This document shows positions 29,833 through 39,461 of a stretch of DNA of 64,000 nt, piece by piece. The DNA comes from Candidatus Heimdallarchaeota archaeon (GTDB lineage: Archaea; Asgardarchaeota; Heimdallarchaeia; Hodarchaeales; Hodarchaeaceae). The position numbers and the translations under genes were made by a program. The notes under the pieces were generated by a model that saw nothing but the letters and a program-made list of their open reading frames with translations, was not told the origin of the DNA and searched no databases. The stretch's first letter is position 1. The number at the start of each line of letters is the position of its first letter. The DNA lies in assembly GCA_020353515.1 (NCBI GenBank), contig CP070695.1, forward strand, positions 2,180,292 to 2,244,291. The letters run 5' to 3'.

Positions 29833-31227
29833 TTACTGTAAGATTGAAGCATTTAGTATGGCAATCTGCACATCCATGACATTAGTTCCTGTAGGGCCAC
29901 TCATTAAAACAGATCCACCTATTTCTTCAAAAAATTTACTCATATTATTTGTTTCTTGAAATTTCACTAAGTCTATTTCTTTTTGAAGAGTCGTTGAGAT
30001 TGAAATATCATCAATCAACGCTCCTGCATAAGGTGAATTGCCATCTACTCCATCTGTTCCAGCGGAGAGAAATATTATATCGGGAGGTGATGGTAAAGAT
30101 AGAAATTCTTGTAATACTTCCCCAACAAGCTCTTGATTCCTTCCACCTATACCACTTCCGTGAACTTTCACAGTAGGTTCACCACCACTGATAATAAGAA
30201 GGGGTTCTTGTGTATCATTAGCTAGACCACAATATATTCTGGCTAGTAATCGGCCCAAGCATTTAGTATCTCCTTCAACTTTATCTGTTAAAAATACCGC
30301 GTTAAATCCTAGCTGTCTTGCATCTGAAATTATAGCTTCACAGGCGATATTATTTGATCCAATAATATGCGTATGAACTCGTTGAAATATTGCATTGCCT
30401 TTTTTAGGCGTTTCAGGGATTAATTCCTCGTTTCCTTGCTCAATTACAAGTTTAACAGAGTCAGGAATGGTATTCAAAAGATTGTATTGGTTGAGGATGA
30501 ACCTAGCATCCTTAAAAGTACTCGAATCAGGGTAAAAATATCCTGAAGCGATGCTTTCTATATTGTCTCCAATCACATCAGATAAAACTAAGACTATCAT
30601 TTCAGCAGGAACAATTTCTGCAAACTTACCACCTTTTATAGTAGACATATGCTTCCTTACAACGTTCATTTCATGAATATTCATTCCAGAATTTATTAAT
30701 TCTTTATTAAGATTGATTAAATCTTCAATCGTTATCGGAGGCATCGGTGCAGCCCATATTGCGGAACCACCTCCACTAATTAACGCAATTACAAGGTCCT
30801 CAGGCATAATATTCTTAATTAAGCCCAAAGTTTCTTTTGTGTTTGCACAATTTACTTCAGAAGGCAGTGGATGTGTAGATTCAAGACAGATTAATTTATC
30901 TAATCTCAATTGTCTTTTCACTCCTTCAGGAACACAAACTACCCCTTGATATTCTAATTCAACCAGGACTTTTTCAAGAGCCTCAGCCATTCTACCAACT
31001 GCTTTACCTGCTCCAATGACCCATATTCTTCTCTTTTTAGTTGAAAAGACTTGATCTTTTATTATTAATTCCTTCTTTTCTGAATCAAAAGTTAAATTGT
31101 CCAGAATGATTTGAAAAGGATTGACAGCCTCAACAGCAGCATTAAAGAGTTTGAGAATGATTTCTCTAGATTTCTGTCTTGTAGATGAAGAAAAATGAAT
31201 AATTTCATCATAATTCTGAATTATCAT
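29833..31227 (-). CDS. Glycerate 2-kinase (MOFRL family)
   Basis: GAGKA, HPLP, ISGGGSA, VRKH...KGG, SDVIGD, GGRNQE, GTDGVDG, GPTGTNVMD. Confidence 0.92.
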   Translation of the reverse strand: MIIQNYDEIIHFSSSTRQKSREIILKLFNAAVEAVNPFQIILDNLTFDSEKKELIIKDQVFSTKKRRIWVIGAGKAVGRMAEALEKVLVELEYQGVVCVPEGVKRQLRLDKLICLESTHPLPSEVNCANTKETLGLIKNIMPEDLVIALISGGGSAIWAAPMPPITIEDLINLNKELINSGMNIHEMNVVRKHMSTIKGGKFAEIVPAEMIVLVLSDVIGDNIESIASGYFYPDSSTFKDARFILNQYNLLNTIPDSVKLVIEQGNEELIPETPKKGNAIFQRVHTHIIGSNNIACEAIISDARQLGFNAVFLTDKVEGDTKCLGRLLARIYCGLANDTQEPLLIISGGEPTVKVHGSGIGGRNQELVGEVLQEFLSLPSPPDIIFLSAGTDGVDGNSPYAGALIDDISISTTLQKEIDLVKFQETNNMSKFFEEIGGSVLMSGPTGTNVMDVQIAILNASILQ

Positions 31228-31241
31228 TCATAATCACCATT

Positions 31242-32819
31242 CTACTGTCGTCCATACCCTCCTCCTCCTGGAGTATTGATAACTAGTATTTCTCCCGCTT
31301 TAAAGTTGACTATAGCTCTCCCTGCAAGCTCAATTTCATCATTATTCGTTTTTCGTTTAATATTCAGTCCTTTTGCCCCATCACCTCCTCCATGTAATCC
31401 ATAAGGCGAGAGTTTTCTGCGTTCAGTCTGTAAAGAAACTACTGCATCTGTTAGACATTCTATCTCACGGATTAAGCCATGTCCACCTTCAATCTTTCCC
31501 TTTCCTCCTGAAGGAATACGGAACTCATAACGATTTACCCTTAAGGGATAAGCCAGTTCTAAAGCTTCAATAGGAGTATTTAGCGTATTTGTCATATGTG
31601 AATGAACCCCTGATATGCCACGGTAGTTCATACTACTCCCAACACCGCCACCTATCGTTTCATAATATGTGAAAGGATTTCCGTTTTGATCAATACCCCC
31701 AATCGTAACATTATTCATGGTTCCTTGAGATGCAGCAGGTATTTCTTCTAATGCCTGAGCTAAAGCTCCTAGTAAAACATCTACAATACGTTGAGAAGTC
31801 TCAACATTGCCAGAGGATACAGCTGCTGGAGATCGAGGATCAAGAAGACTTCCCTCAGGAATTTCTATCTCAATATTACGGAATAATCCGGCATTAGTCA
31901 TTATCGTTGGATCTGTTAAAGCTCTAAAAACATAATAAACACAAGAGAAGACAACACTTCTAGGAGCGTTTACGTTTCCAGTCTGTTGGGAATCAGTACC
32001 TACGAACGAAACGTTTATTTTCTCATCTGTTTTGGTGATAGTAACTTCAATTTTAACTAAATCATCAGTTACCCCATTAGAATCAAGGTAATCTTCATAT
32101 TGAAATTTTCCATTAGGAAAACTAGTAATCTGTCTTTTAAATGCCTTTTCTGAAATATCCATTAAGTGCTTGCAGGCATCAAAAACAAAATCTTGTCCAT
32201 ATTTATTTGTCAGTTCCACAAGACGTTCTTCTCCTCTTAAGAGAGATGCCCGTTGAGCTCGAAAATCTCCTAATCTTTCCTCTCGAATGCGTACGTTAGA
32301 TAATATGAGCTCCATAATATCTTTCACTTCCTTCCCACGATTGTACAGCTTGACAGGAGGTATTATCAATCCCTCTTCAAACAGTTCTGACGATATTCCA
32401 GGCATTGATCCTGGTGTAGAGCCTCCAATGTCCGCATGATGAGCTCTATTATTCACAAAAAAACTAAGACTATTATCAAAGTAAACAGGCATTAAAAATG
32501 TAACATCTGGGAGATGAGTACCTCCTGTGAACGGAGAGTTAAGAATAATAATATCACCAGGATTTATCGCATCAACTGGGAATTCTTGTAAAATTGCAGT
32601 TATAGAGGAAAACATAGCACCAAGATGAACAGGTATATGTTCTGCTTGAGCTAATAGCTCGGCGTTTCGGTCAAAAATCGCGCATGAGAAGTCTAATCTT
32701 TCCTTACAATTCGGACTAAAAGACGCTCGGTGTAGAATTATGCCCATTTCTTCTGCAATGTTCTCTAATGCCTTCTGGATTGTACTCAAGGTGATAACGT
32801 CAATTTCCATTTTTTTCAC
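31242..32819 (-). CDS. Hydantoinase B / 5-oxoprolinase subunit
   Basis: DFSCAIFD, HIPVHLG, GGTHLPD, HHADIGG, SQGTMNN, HMTNTLNTP, TPGGGGYG. Confidence 0.93.
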   Translation of the reverse strand: MKKMEIDVITLSTIQKALENIAEEMGIILHRASFSPNCKERLDFSCAIFDRNAELLAQAEHIPVHLGAMFSSITAILQEFPVDAINPGDIIILNSPFTGGTHLPDVTFLMPVYFDNSLSFFVNNRAHHADIGGSTPGSMPGISSELFEEGLIIPPVKLYNRGKEVKDIMELILSNVRIREERLGDFRAQRASLLRGEERLVELTNKYGQDFVFDACKHLMDISEKAFKRQITSFPNGKFQYEDYLDSNGVTDDLVKIEVTITKTDEKINVSFVGTDSQQTGNVNAPRSVVFSCVYYVFRALTDPTIMTNAGLFRNIEIEIPEGSLLDPRSPAAVSSGNVETSQRIVDVLLGALAQALEEIPAASQGTMNNVTIGGIDQNGNPFTYYETIGGGVGSSMNYRGISGVHSHMTNTLNTPIEALELAYPLRVNRYEFRIPSGGKGKIEGGHGLIREIECLTDAVVSLQTERRKLSPYGLHGGGDGAKGLNIKRKTNNDEIELAGRAIVNFKAGEILVINTPGGGGYGRQ

Positions 32820-34837
32820 CCAGAATACAATCGCTTTAACAACAAATGACTATCATTTTTCACCTCTGCAACCCATCCTATATCAACCAGTGTTGTAGAA
32901 TCATTTTGTTCTATTATACTAGGGCCTTCAATGATATTATTAGCCTTTAATTTGGATTTTTGATAAATATTAGCTTCTATCCATTCATTTCTTAAGAAAA
33001 CTTTACGAGTTCCAGTTTGAGCTTCTTTAGGATCAGTACTTCCCTTTGGTAAGGTAGACAGACTGAATTTTGGTAACGGAACCATTGCTGCAACACGGAG
33101 ATTCACTACCTCACGAGGAGCATCAGGAGAAGCATAACCATACGCTTGCTTATGAGCTTCATCAAAAGCATGAGAAACTGCTTCTATTCTACCATAAAAG
33201 GGCACATTCAGCTCATATGACTGGCCTACCAATCGAAGATCTAGATTACGAGCGATCAGGATCTCTTTTTCTAAAAAACCATCTTCAACGCATAATTGAA
33301 CTCCTTGTTCTACAAGAGACTGGAAAGCTGATTCAAGCTGGTCATTAGTCATTTCTTTCAAAGGTTTTAATATAGACATGGATAAATCATGACGAATATC
33401 AGCAGCTAAAAGGCCATAGGCAGACCAAACACCTGGGTATGGTGGAATGATAACTTTCTCTATACACAATCGCTCAGCCAGGGAACATCCATGTAAAGGG
33501 CCTGCTCCACCAAATGAGATTAGGTGAAAATCTCTACTATCATATCCTCGTTCAGTAGATACTTTTCGAAGAGCTAATGCAATATTATTCTCAAAAATTT
33601 CAATAATACCTGCTGCGCATTCTTCTACAGATGAAAAGTTTAATTTATAAGCGAGAGATGAGATTACTTCTTCTGCAAATTCAGAATATATTTTAATAGT
33701 ACCACCACAGAAAAAATCAGGATTTAATAACCCTCTGACCAAATTCGCATCTGTAACGGTGGGATTTTGTCCTCCACAATCATAACAAGCTGGTCCAGGG
33801 TCAGCCCCAGCACTTTCTGGCCCTACTAAAAGGATCCCATGTTCATATCTTGCGATGGATCCTCCTCCTGCACCAATTGTCTGGACAGCAATGCTAGGTA
33901 AGTGAATAGGATGCCCTGCAATCTCATTTACGGTTGAAATATCTATTTTGCCATTTACAATACTAGCAACATCAGTAGATGTCCCTCCAATATCTAAAGT
34001 AAGGGCATTATTAATTTGAAGTTCATTACAAGAGTAATAACCTCCGAGTACTCCCCCGGCCAAACCTGAAAAAATTGTTTCAACAGAACGTTCAGCTGCA
34101 TTCTTAATTTGAGTAACTCCTCCTGTGGAGAGAAGAATAAGAGGTGGAACATTGATCTCGTGTTCCTTCAATCTTAACATAAATGAGGTAAAATAATTTC
34201 TACATAAAGGAGCAATATACGCATCTAACAAAGTAGTACTCGTTCTATCATATTCGCGGAATTGCGGAAGAATTTGACTTGAACATGATACATGTATAGA
34301 AGGAAATCGTTTTTTAATCTCGTTTGTTATCTTTATTTCATGTTGAGGATTAAAGAACGAAAATAGTAAAGAAATAGCCACGGATTCGACATCTACTCGC
34401 TTTATTTTTTCAAAAGTCGCCTCCAAATCAGCCACATTCAACGGAACAAGTATTTCACCAGAAGAACTAATCCTTTCTTTAACACCAAATCGTAATTGAG
34501 AAGGGACAAGTGGAGCAATTCTTTTAGGGTATAGAGAATATAAATTCATCCTATTTTGACGTCCAATTTCTATAATATCAGAAAATCCTTCAGTAGTGAT
34601 TAGAGCTGTTTTTGCACCTTTATGTTCCAAAATTGCATTTGTAGCAACTGTTGTGCCATGCACAACGACATCTAAATCGTTTAAAGTGGTTTCCAGCTTA
34701 TTTAATCCATTTTTCACTCCAATAGATTGATCTTTAGGTGTACTAGAGACCTTCTCAAGTAGAACAGAATTACTCTCCGAATCTACGATAATTAAATCTG
34801 TAAAAGTACCACCTATATCAATACCAAGACATTTCAT
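32816..34837 (-). CDS. Hydantoinase A / 5-oxoprolinase subunit
   Basis: GIDIGGTFTD, HGTTVATNA, DIGGTSTD, GAGGGSIA, SAGADPGPACY, FGGAGPLH. Confidence 0.93.
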   Translation of the reverse strand: MKCLGIDIGGTFTDLIIVDSESNSVLLEKVSSTPKDQSIGVKNGLNKLETTLNDLDVVVHGTTVATNAILEHKGAKTALITTEGFSDIIEIGRQNRMNLYSLYPKRIAPLVPSQLRFGVKERISSSGEILVPLNVADLEATFEKIKRVDVESVAISLLFSFFNPQHEIKITNEIKKRFPSIHVSCSSQILPQFREYDRTSTTLLDAYIAPLCRNYFTSFMLRLKEHEINVPPLILLSTGGVTQIKNAAERSVETIFSGLAGGVLGGYYSCNELQINNALTLDIGGTSTDVASIVNGKIDISTVNEIAGHPIHLPSIAVQTIGAGGGSIARYEHGILLVGPESAGADPGPACYDCGGQNPTVTDANLVRGLLNPDFFCGGTIKIYSEFAEEVISSLAYKLNFSSVEECAAGIIEIFENNIALALRKVSTERGYDSRDFHLISFGGAGPLHGCSLAERLCIEKVIIPPYPGVWSAYGLLAADIRHDLSMSILKPLKEMTNDQLESAFQSLVEQGVQLCVEDGFLEKEILIARNLDLRLVGQSYELNVPFYGRIEAVSHAFDEAHKQAYGYASPDAPREVVNLRVAAMVPLPKFSLSTLPKGSTDPKEAQTGTRKVFLRNEWIEANIYQKSKLKANNIIEGPSIIEQNDSTTLVDIGWVAEVKNDSHLLLKRLYSG

Positions 34838-35019
34838 TTGTAATTACCTAAATAACTGACAAAAAGAAGCTTAGTTTTCCTGAATAAAACCTTAAAATTT
34901 ACATTATTATGATTCTTTGTATTTCAACAAATTTCATAAAAGTCTACTGTGGGACTGAAAACAAAAAACAATTGACGGGTCAGCTCTTTTTTTTATTTAA
35001 GTATATCCCTATTTGAGGC

Positions 35020-35643
35020 TTGAATGTGGAAAAAATCAGAGTATTATGTATTGGTAATTCACATACGGCAGGATTTCCATTATTTGACCCATTATACGGA
35101 GGAGATTCCCAAAGTTCTTATGAATATTGGTTAAATATTCTCCTTTCAAATCACTTCTCGGACATTTCATTTGAGATTCATAACGAGGGGATATGTGGCC
35201 AAGTTTCAAGTGAAGTCGTACGACGTCTTAATTTTACTCTATCTAAATTTAGTTACGATCTAGTAATTTTGTGGGCAGGAGCTAATGACATTGCAATTGG
35301 ATACCCAGTTAATAGAATTTGGAAGAATTTAAGGCAGGGATACAAATATTCAAAGAAAAAATCAAGAGGAACTATGCTTGTTACAATTCCTCCGATGAAT
35401 TGGCCAGGAATTAATACAAAAATCCTCAAATTAAATGAAAAAATAAGGAACAATAGCAATTCAGATAGCTACTTATATGCTGATGCATATACAGCTTTAG
35501 TTCTAGAAAAAGAAGACATCCTGAACCCAATATTTGATGCTGGAGATGGAGTTCACCTCTCAATTGATGGTTATGAACACATAAGCAAAGAAATTTTCAA
35601 TAAAGCCGTTCCTATCATTCAAACAATTCTAACAAAAAGATGA
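35020..35643 (+). CDS. SGNH/GDSL hydrolase
   Basis: IGNSHTAG, NEGICG, GANDI, DGVHL blocks. Confidence 0.88.
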   Translation: MNVEKIRVLCIGNSHTAGFPLFDPLYGGDSQSSYEYWLNILLSNHFSDISFEIHNEGICGQVSSEVVRRLNFTLSKFSYDLVILWAGANDIAIGYPVNRIWKNLRQGYKYSKKKSRGTMLVTIPPMNWPGINTKILKLNEKIRNNSNSDSYLYADAYTALVLEKEDILNPIFDAGDGVHLSIDGYEHISKEIFNKAVPIIQTILTKR

Positions 35644-35683
35644 TTAAAACTTTGGACTTTAAAACCTTGATGTTAGAAAATCT

Positions 35684-36310
35684 TTGAAGTATATGATATT
35701 ATCATTAGAACGGATTTCTCGTCTAAAACGGTATGTAAATAAGAAAAGTCTTACAAATCCCCCTTCAGATTGGATACATCACCTAATTTCTCTCTATATT
35801 ATTCGAAAGGGTGATGGAATTTGTTTATTTTCTCATCACTTCCAGTTAGGAATGATTTCACAAATCGAAAACCAATTAGTGGGTATGGGATTCACAGCAA
35901 TCTCTCAAATGCTACAGGAAATTGTGGATTCGGCATCAAGTTTAGTAATGATGGATCTTGGCCCGAAAAAGGTTTTAATTGAAGAAAAAGAAGGTTTCTT
36001 AACTATTTTGATCACTACGACCAATTCAGTAGTGTTACGGGAAAAAATTGAGGCGTTAGCAGATCTTTTTGAGAAGATGTTTGAACTTCAACAACGAATA
36101 AGCCAAGAAACACAGGTCTGCGTTGAGGATTATGCCTTAACTTCAGAATTAGTATCTTTAATTTTTAACGACAAACCATCACGGGTTTTAGAGATCATCC
36201 CCGTAATTTTTAAATCTATTCGAAAGAATAGATCATTATCACCAAAAGAAAAGAAGATTCATTCATTGTTTTTGACATCAACTAGCCATCAGAAAATGAA
36301 GTCTTTATAG
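35684..36310 (+). CDS. Longin/roadblock-like domain protein
   Basis: SLYIIRKGDGICLFSHHF...QLVGMGFTAISQMLQEI, beta strands, then LREKIEALADLFEKMF, the pattern of Asgard longin-like proteins. Confidence 0.65.
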   Translation: MKYMILSLERISRLKRYVNKKSLTNPPSDWIHHLISLYIIRKGDGICLFSHHFQLGMISQIENQLVGMGFTAISQMLQEIVDSASSLVMMDLGPKKVLIEEKEGFLTILITTTNSVVLREKIEALADLFEKMFELQQRISQETQVCVEDYALTSELVSLIFNDKPSRVLEIIPVIFKSIRKNRSLSPKEKKIHSLFLTSTSHQKMKSL

Positions 36311-36319
36311 GGATCGGAG

Positions 36320-37120
36320 TCAAAGTTTTTGGATTTTTCCTGGAGAAGGTTCAAAATATACCCCATCTAACAAACCTTTTTCAATAGCCTTTTTCACTAT
36401 GTTAAAAGGAACTTCATTCTCCCTAGCAATTTTCCTTAGGGTCTCCAGTTCAATAGGTTCTTCAGATATGAAAGAAAGAATTTCCGCGGCAGTTTCATCA
36501 GCCGATAATAACTCTTGAAAATCTCTTTTTAAATTATCTGCTTCTTTTTGCTGAATACTTTTTCGTTTTAATGAGGTTTGGATTAAATCATGAAATACCC
36601 GTTTAAATTCTGATGCTGATTCTAGATAACATTCGACATGATAGTATTTGTGAGAAAAAAACTTTCTCCCATCATCCAATTCAACTCGACTAGGTTCAGC
36701 TACACGAAAAATCCCTTTATCTATCTTCTTCTCACAAATTCTACAAGATCCACGAGAACTTTTTGAGGATTCAAGAAAGGGTATTTGTAACAATGCACTA
36801 CGAGACTGAGGACTTTCAACATCCTCTTCTAGACGTTTTTTTAAAAATTCTGTAATTCTATCTTTACTAGCTGAATCTATTGAGGATGATGATTCCAAAA
36901 TGCTAAAAATTGTATCTATCTTATCCTGAGGGGAACACTCGGGATGGTAATATCCATAAGAAGTAATTGTTTCTCCATCGGGTCTTGTAAATTGATAGGG
37001 AATTCCGATTCTATATTCTCCTTTTAAAATTTTCCCGCGACAACTCCGACAGGATGCCCTTCCGCTTTTTGCAGGTTCGATTATTGGAATTTCAGGTTTT
37101 TTGGAAGACACATATCTCAC
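36320..37120 (-). CDS. Tandem PARP-type zinc-finger protein with C-terminal winged helix
   Basis: EPAKSGRASCRSC-x31-HPEC and ESSKSSRGSCRIC-x31-HVEC; C-terminus AIEKGLLDGVYFEPSPGKIQKL. Confidence 0.85.
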   Translation of the reverse strand: MRYVSSKKPEIPIIEPAKSGRASCRSCRGKILKGEYRIGIPYQFTRPDGETITSYGYYHPECSPQDKIDTIFSILESSSSIDSASKDRITEFLKKRLEEDVESPQSRSALLQIPFLESSKSSRGSCRICEKKIDKGIFRVAEPSRVELDDGRKFFSHKYYHVECYLESASEFKRVFHDLIQTSLKRKSIQQKEADNLKRDFQELLSADETAAEILSFISEEPIELETLRKIARENEVPFNIVKKAIEKGLLDGVYFEPSPGKIQKL

Positions 37121-37236
37121 TTTCAGATTATATCATAAGTAAGATTATTAATATTTACTCTAAAAATACTCCCTTCAGATAGGTCAATAAGTAAGATATT
37201 CTTGTAAGAAAATTATCACAAGGAATTTCGATTCAA

Positions 37237-38364
37237 ATGAAAAATAGGATGTTTTTTCTATTAATACTTGTTATTATTCTTATTCCCTCATTATTTACTA
37301 TTTCAATTGGTAGAAATTATCGAAAAAAGCAAATCTTATCGCTTTCGAGCAAATGGCACTTCATTGCTTTGGGTGATAGTCGACAACAATTTGGAACATG
37401 GGATGATGATAATAATAAATACACTCATGATAATACTAATAATCCTACTAGAGCAGCACTATTTACTTCAATAGCAGAAAACAACCCAGAAATAGAATTT
37501 ATTTTACACACTGGCGACATGGTAATGTCAGGTGGAGAACAAGATGATTGGAACCGTTATTTTGAAGATATTGAAAATATGACAAAAGAAAATATTACTA
37601 TCTACTATGCAGTAGGTAACCATGAAAAATATACCTATGCATTAGGAGATAGTCAATGGGGGCCCAGTGACGAAGACTTCTCTACATATTTAGCGAACGT
37701 TGAATTACCTGGCAATGAACGTTATTATAGTTTTGATTTCATGAATCAAATTCATTTTGTTTTTATCAATACTGAAGAGGATTGGTCTGATGGCTTTTCT
37801 ATTACTACTGATCAGAATAACTGGTTAATTAATGATTTTGAGACAAATACGCTTGATTTCATTATTGCTGTATTTCACCGGCCCTGTTACTCAATTCGTG
37901 ACTCTGGTAGAGTTCATGCTGCTCAACAAGTCCGCAATGTTCTGGAACCACTCTTTTTGCAATATGGTGTCGATTTGGTCTTTTCTGGTCATGATCATTA
38001 CTATTATCGTGCAGTACGAAAAGGAGTAACCTATATTACAACTGGTGGAGCTGGAGCGGATCTATATACTAATAAAGACACTTCAGAGTGGCAAGACGGT
38101 GATGTATACTTCTCAGAATATCATTATTGCAATATTACTGTAACTCAATCTAATGAGAATATTGTAACCAAGGTAGATGTGTTAATTCTCGACGAAGGTG
38201 AAGGAACTACTACTTTGGGCGATTCATTTGAAGTGACAGATCATTTGAAAGAAACAACCTCAAGTTCCCTCTCTGATACAGAGAAGACAATACCATCAAC
38301 CGATTTCTCGTTTCTTCTCACAATAATTGGTGTTATTTGTATCATGAAAAAGAGGAAAAAATAA
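37237..38364 (+). CDS. Secreted, membrane-anchored metallophosphoesterase (purple acid phosphatase-like)
   Basis: Signal peptide; GDSR, HTGDMV, GNHE, FH, SGHDH; S/T linker, then TM helix and KKRKK anchor. Confidence 0.9.
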   Translation: MKNRMFFLLILVIILIPSLFTISIGRNYRKKQILSLSSKWHFIALGDSRQQFGTWDDDNNKYTHDNTNNPTRAALFTSIAENNPEIEFILHTGDMVMSGGEQDDWNRYFEDIENMTKENITIYYAVGNHEKYTYALGDSQWGPSDEDFSTYLANVELPGNERYYSFDFMNQIHFVFINTEEDWSDGFSITTDQNNWLINDFETNTLDFIIAVFHRPCYSIRDSGRVHAAQQVRNVLEPLFLQYGVDLVFSGHDHYYYRAVRKGVTYITTGGAGADLYTNKDTSEWQDGDVYFSEYHYCNITVTQSNENIVTKVDVLILDEGEGTTTLGDSFEVTDHLKETTSSSLSDTEKTIPSTDFSFLLTIIGVICIMKKRKK

Positions 38365-38378
38365 GGTTTTTCAAAACA

Positions 38379-39341
38379 TCATGAAAGAATTATAAATCGA
38401 CTGCTTTTGATGTTCTCGCTTGTTGTGAAAGAGGATTCAGAGTGAGTTTTTGCGGCTGTAATAAACTTCTCAAGATTATTTGAAATAAAAGTAATCATCT
38501 CTTCTTTTAAAATGTCAAATTTTCCATAAATTTCTGGAATTATGTATGTAAAGAAAACAAAAATTCTATCGTAGCATTTAAAGTGCCAAATAACGGAATT
38601 TTGAAGGCGTTTAGCTCCTATCAGAGATAAACTATCTCGATATTTGTTTAGAAGATACTCTTGCTTAATATATCTGGAAATAGATTCTAATAAAGGATCT
38701 GATATATCATCATGGGTATGACTCTTAGCTGTAGAGAACAAATAATCTCCATTTTCATCATAAACTAAAATGAAGGAAACAAATTCTGCTAAATCAGATT
38801 TGATTTTACTTAAAACTTTCCAGTAAATTGCTGCGTCTTCTCCTAGCGGGCCTTCAATTGCTTTTTCAAAATTCTCATCCAATCCTGCAAATTCAGGATT
38901 CTCTAGGTTTGTTTGTAGTGGAGTATAATGACTAAGCAAATTACTTGGTAATTGTTGAAATTCATTTGATGTTGCTAGTGAAAATAATGAAATTCCATTC
39001 GGGGCTTTTGCATAATCGATATACAGTGGTTTATTTTGGTCCACAGTCACACCTAACAGTATTGGTCTCACAATGTCTTTTAACTGCATTATGGCTTCTA
39101 ATAATCCCGACATCAACAAAATTTTCTCGTTTTTTGGACTTATTTCTGGAATATGACGGTTATCTATGACTCCTGATTGACTAACACTAATTGATCGTGT
39201 ATATACAGGAAGACCACCCTCATCCGCTAGAATCACTAATAAATTACTCCCCTTTAAGGAGGATTGACTGATAAGCGGCTGATTTTCGTTAGCAAGCTGA
39301 TTGTAGGATACTTTTATCTTGTTATCCTTTTTCAAATACAA
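38379..39341 (-). CDS. Hypothetical protein, probable tandem longin/roadblock-like domains
   Basis: VILADEGGLPVYTR...LLMSGLLEAI, and a second unit FILVYDENGDYLFS...LLESISRYI. Confidence 0.55.
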   Translation of the reverse strand: MYLKKDNKIKVSYNQLANENQPLISQSSLKGSNLLVILADEGGLPVYTRSISVSQSGVIDNRHIPEISPKNEKILLMSGLLEAIMQLKDIVRPILLGVTVDQNKPLYIDYAKAPNGISLFSLATSNEFQQLPSNLLSHYTPLQTNLENPEFAGLDENFEKAIEGPLGEDAAIYWKVLSKIKSDLAEFVSFILVYDENGDYLFSTAKSHTHDDISDPLLESISRYIKQEYLLNKYRDSLSLIGAKRLQNSVIWHFKCYDRIFVFFTYIIPEIYGKFDILKEEMITFISNNLEKFITAAKTHSESSFTTSENIKSSRFIILS

Positions 39342-39461
39342 TTCACACCTGATGAAATTAAACTGACAATAAACTTCCTCCTAAAGTACTTATTAAGGTG
39401 AACTAGAGAATATATTCGTAAATGATATTCGTTATTCTGATAATTGAGATGTAAAAGGTTC

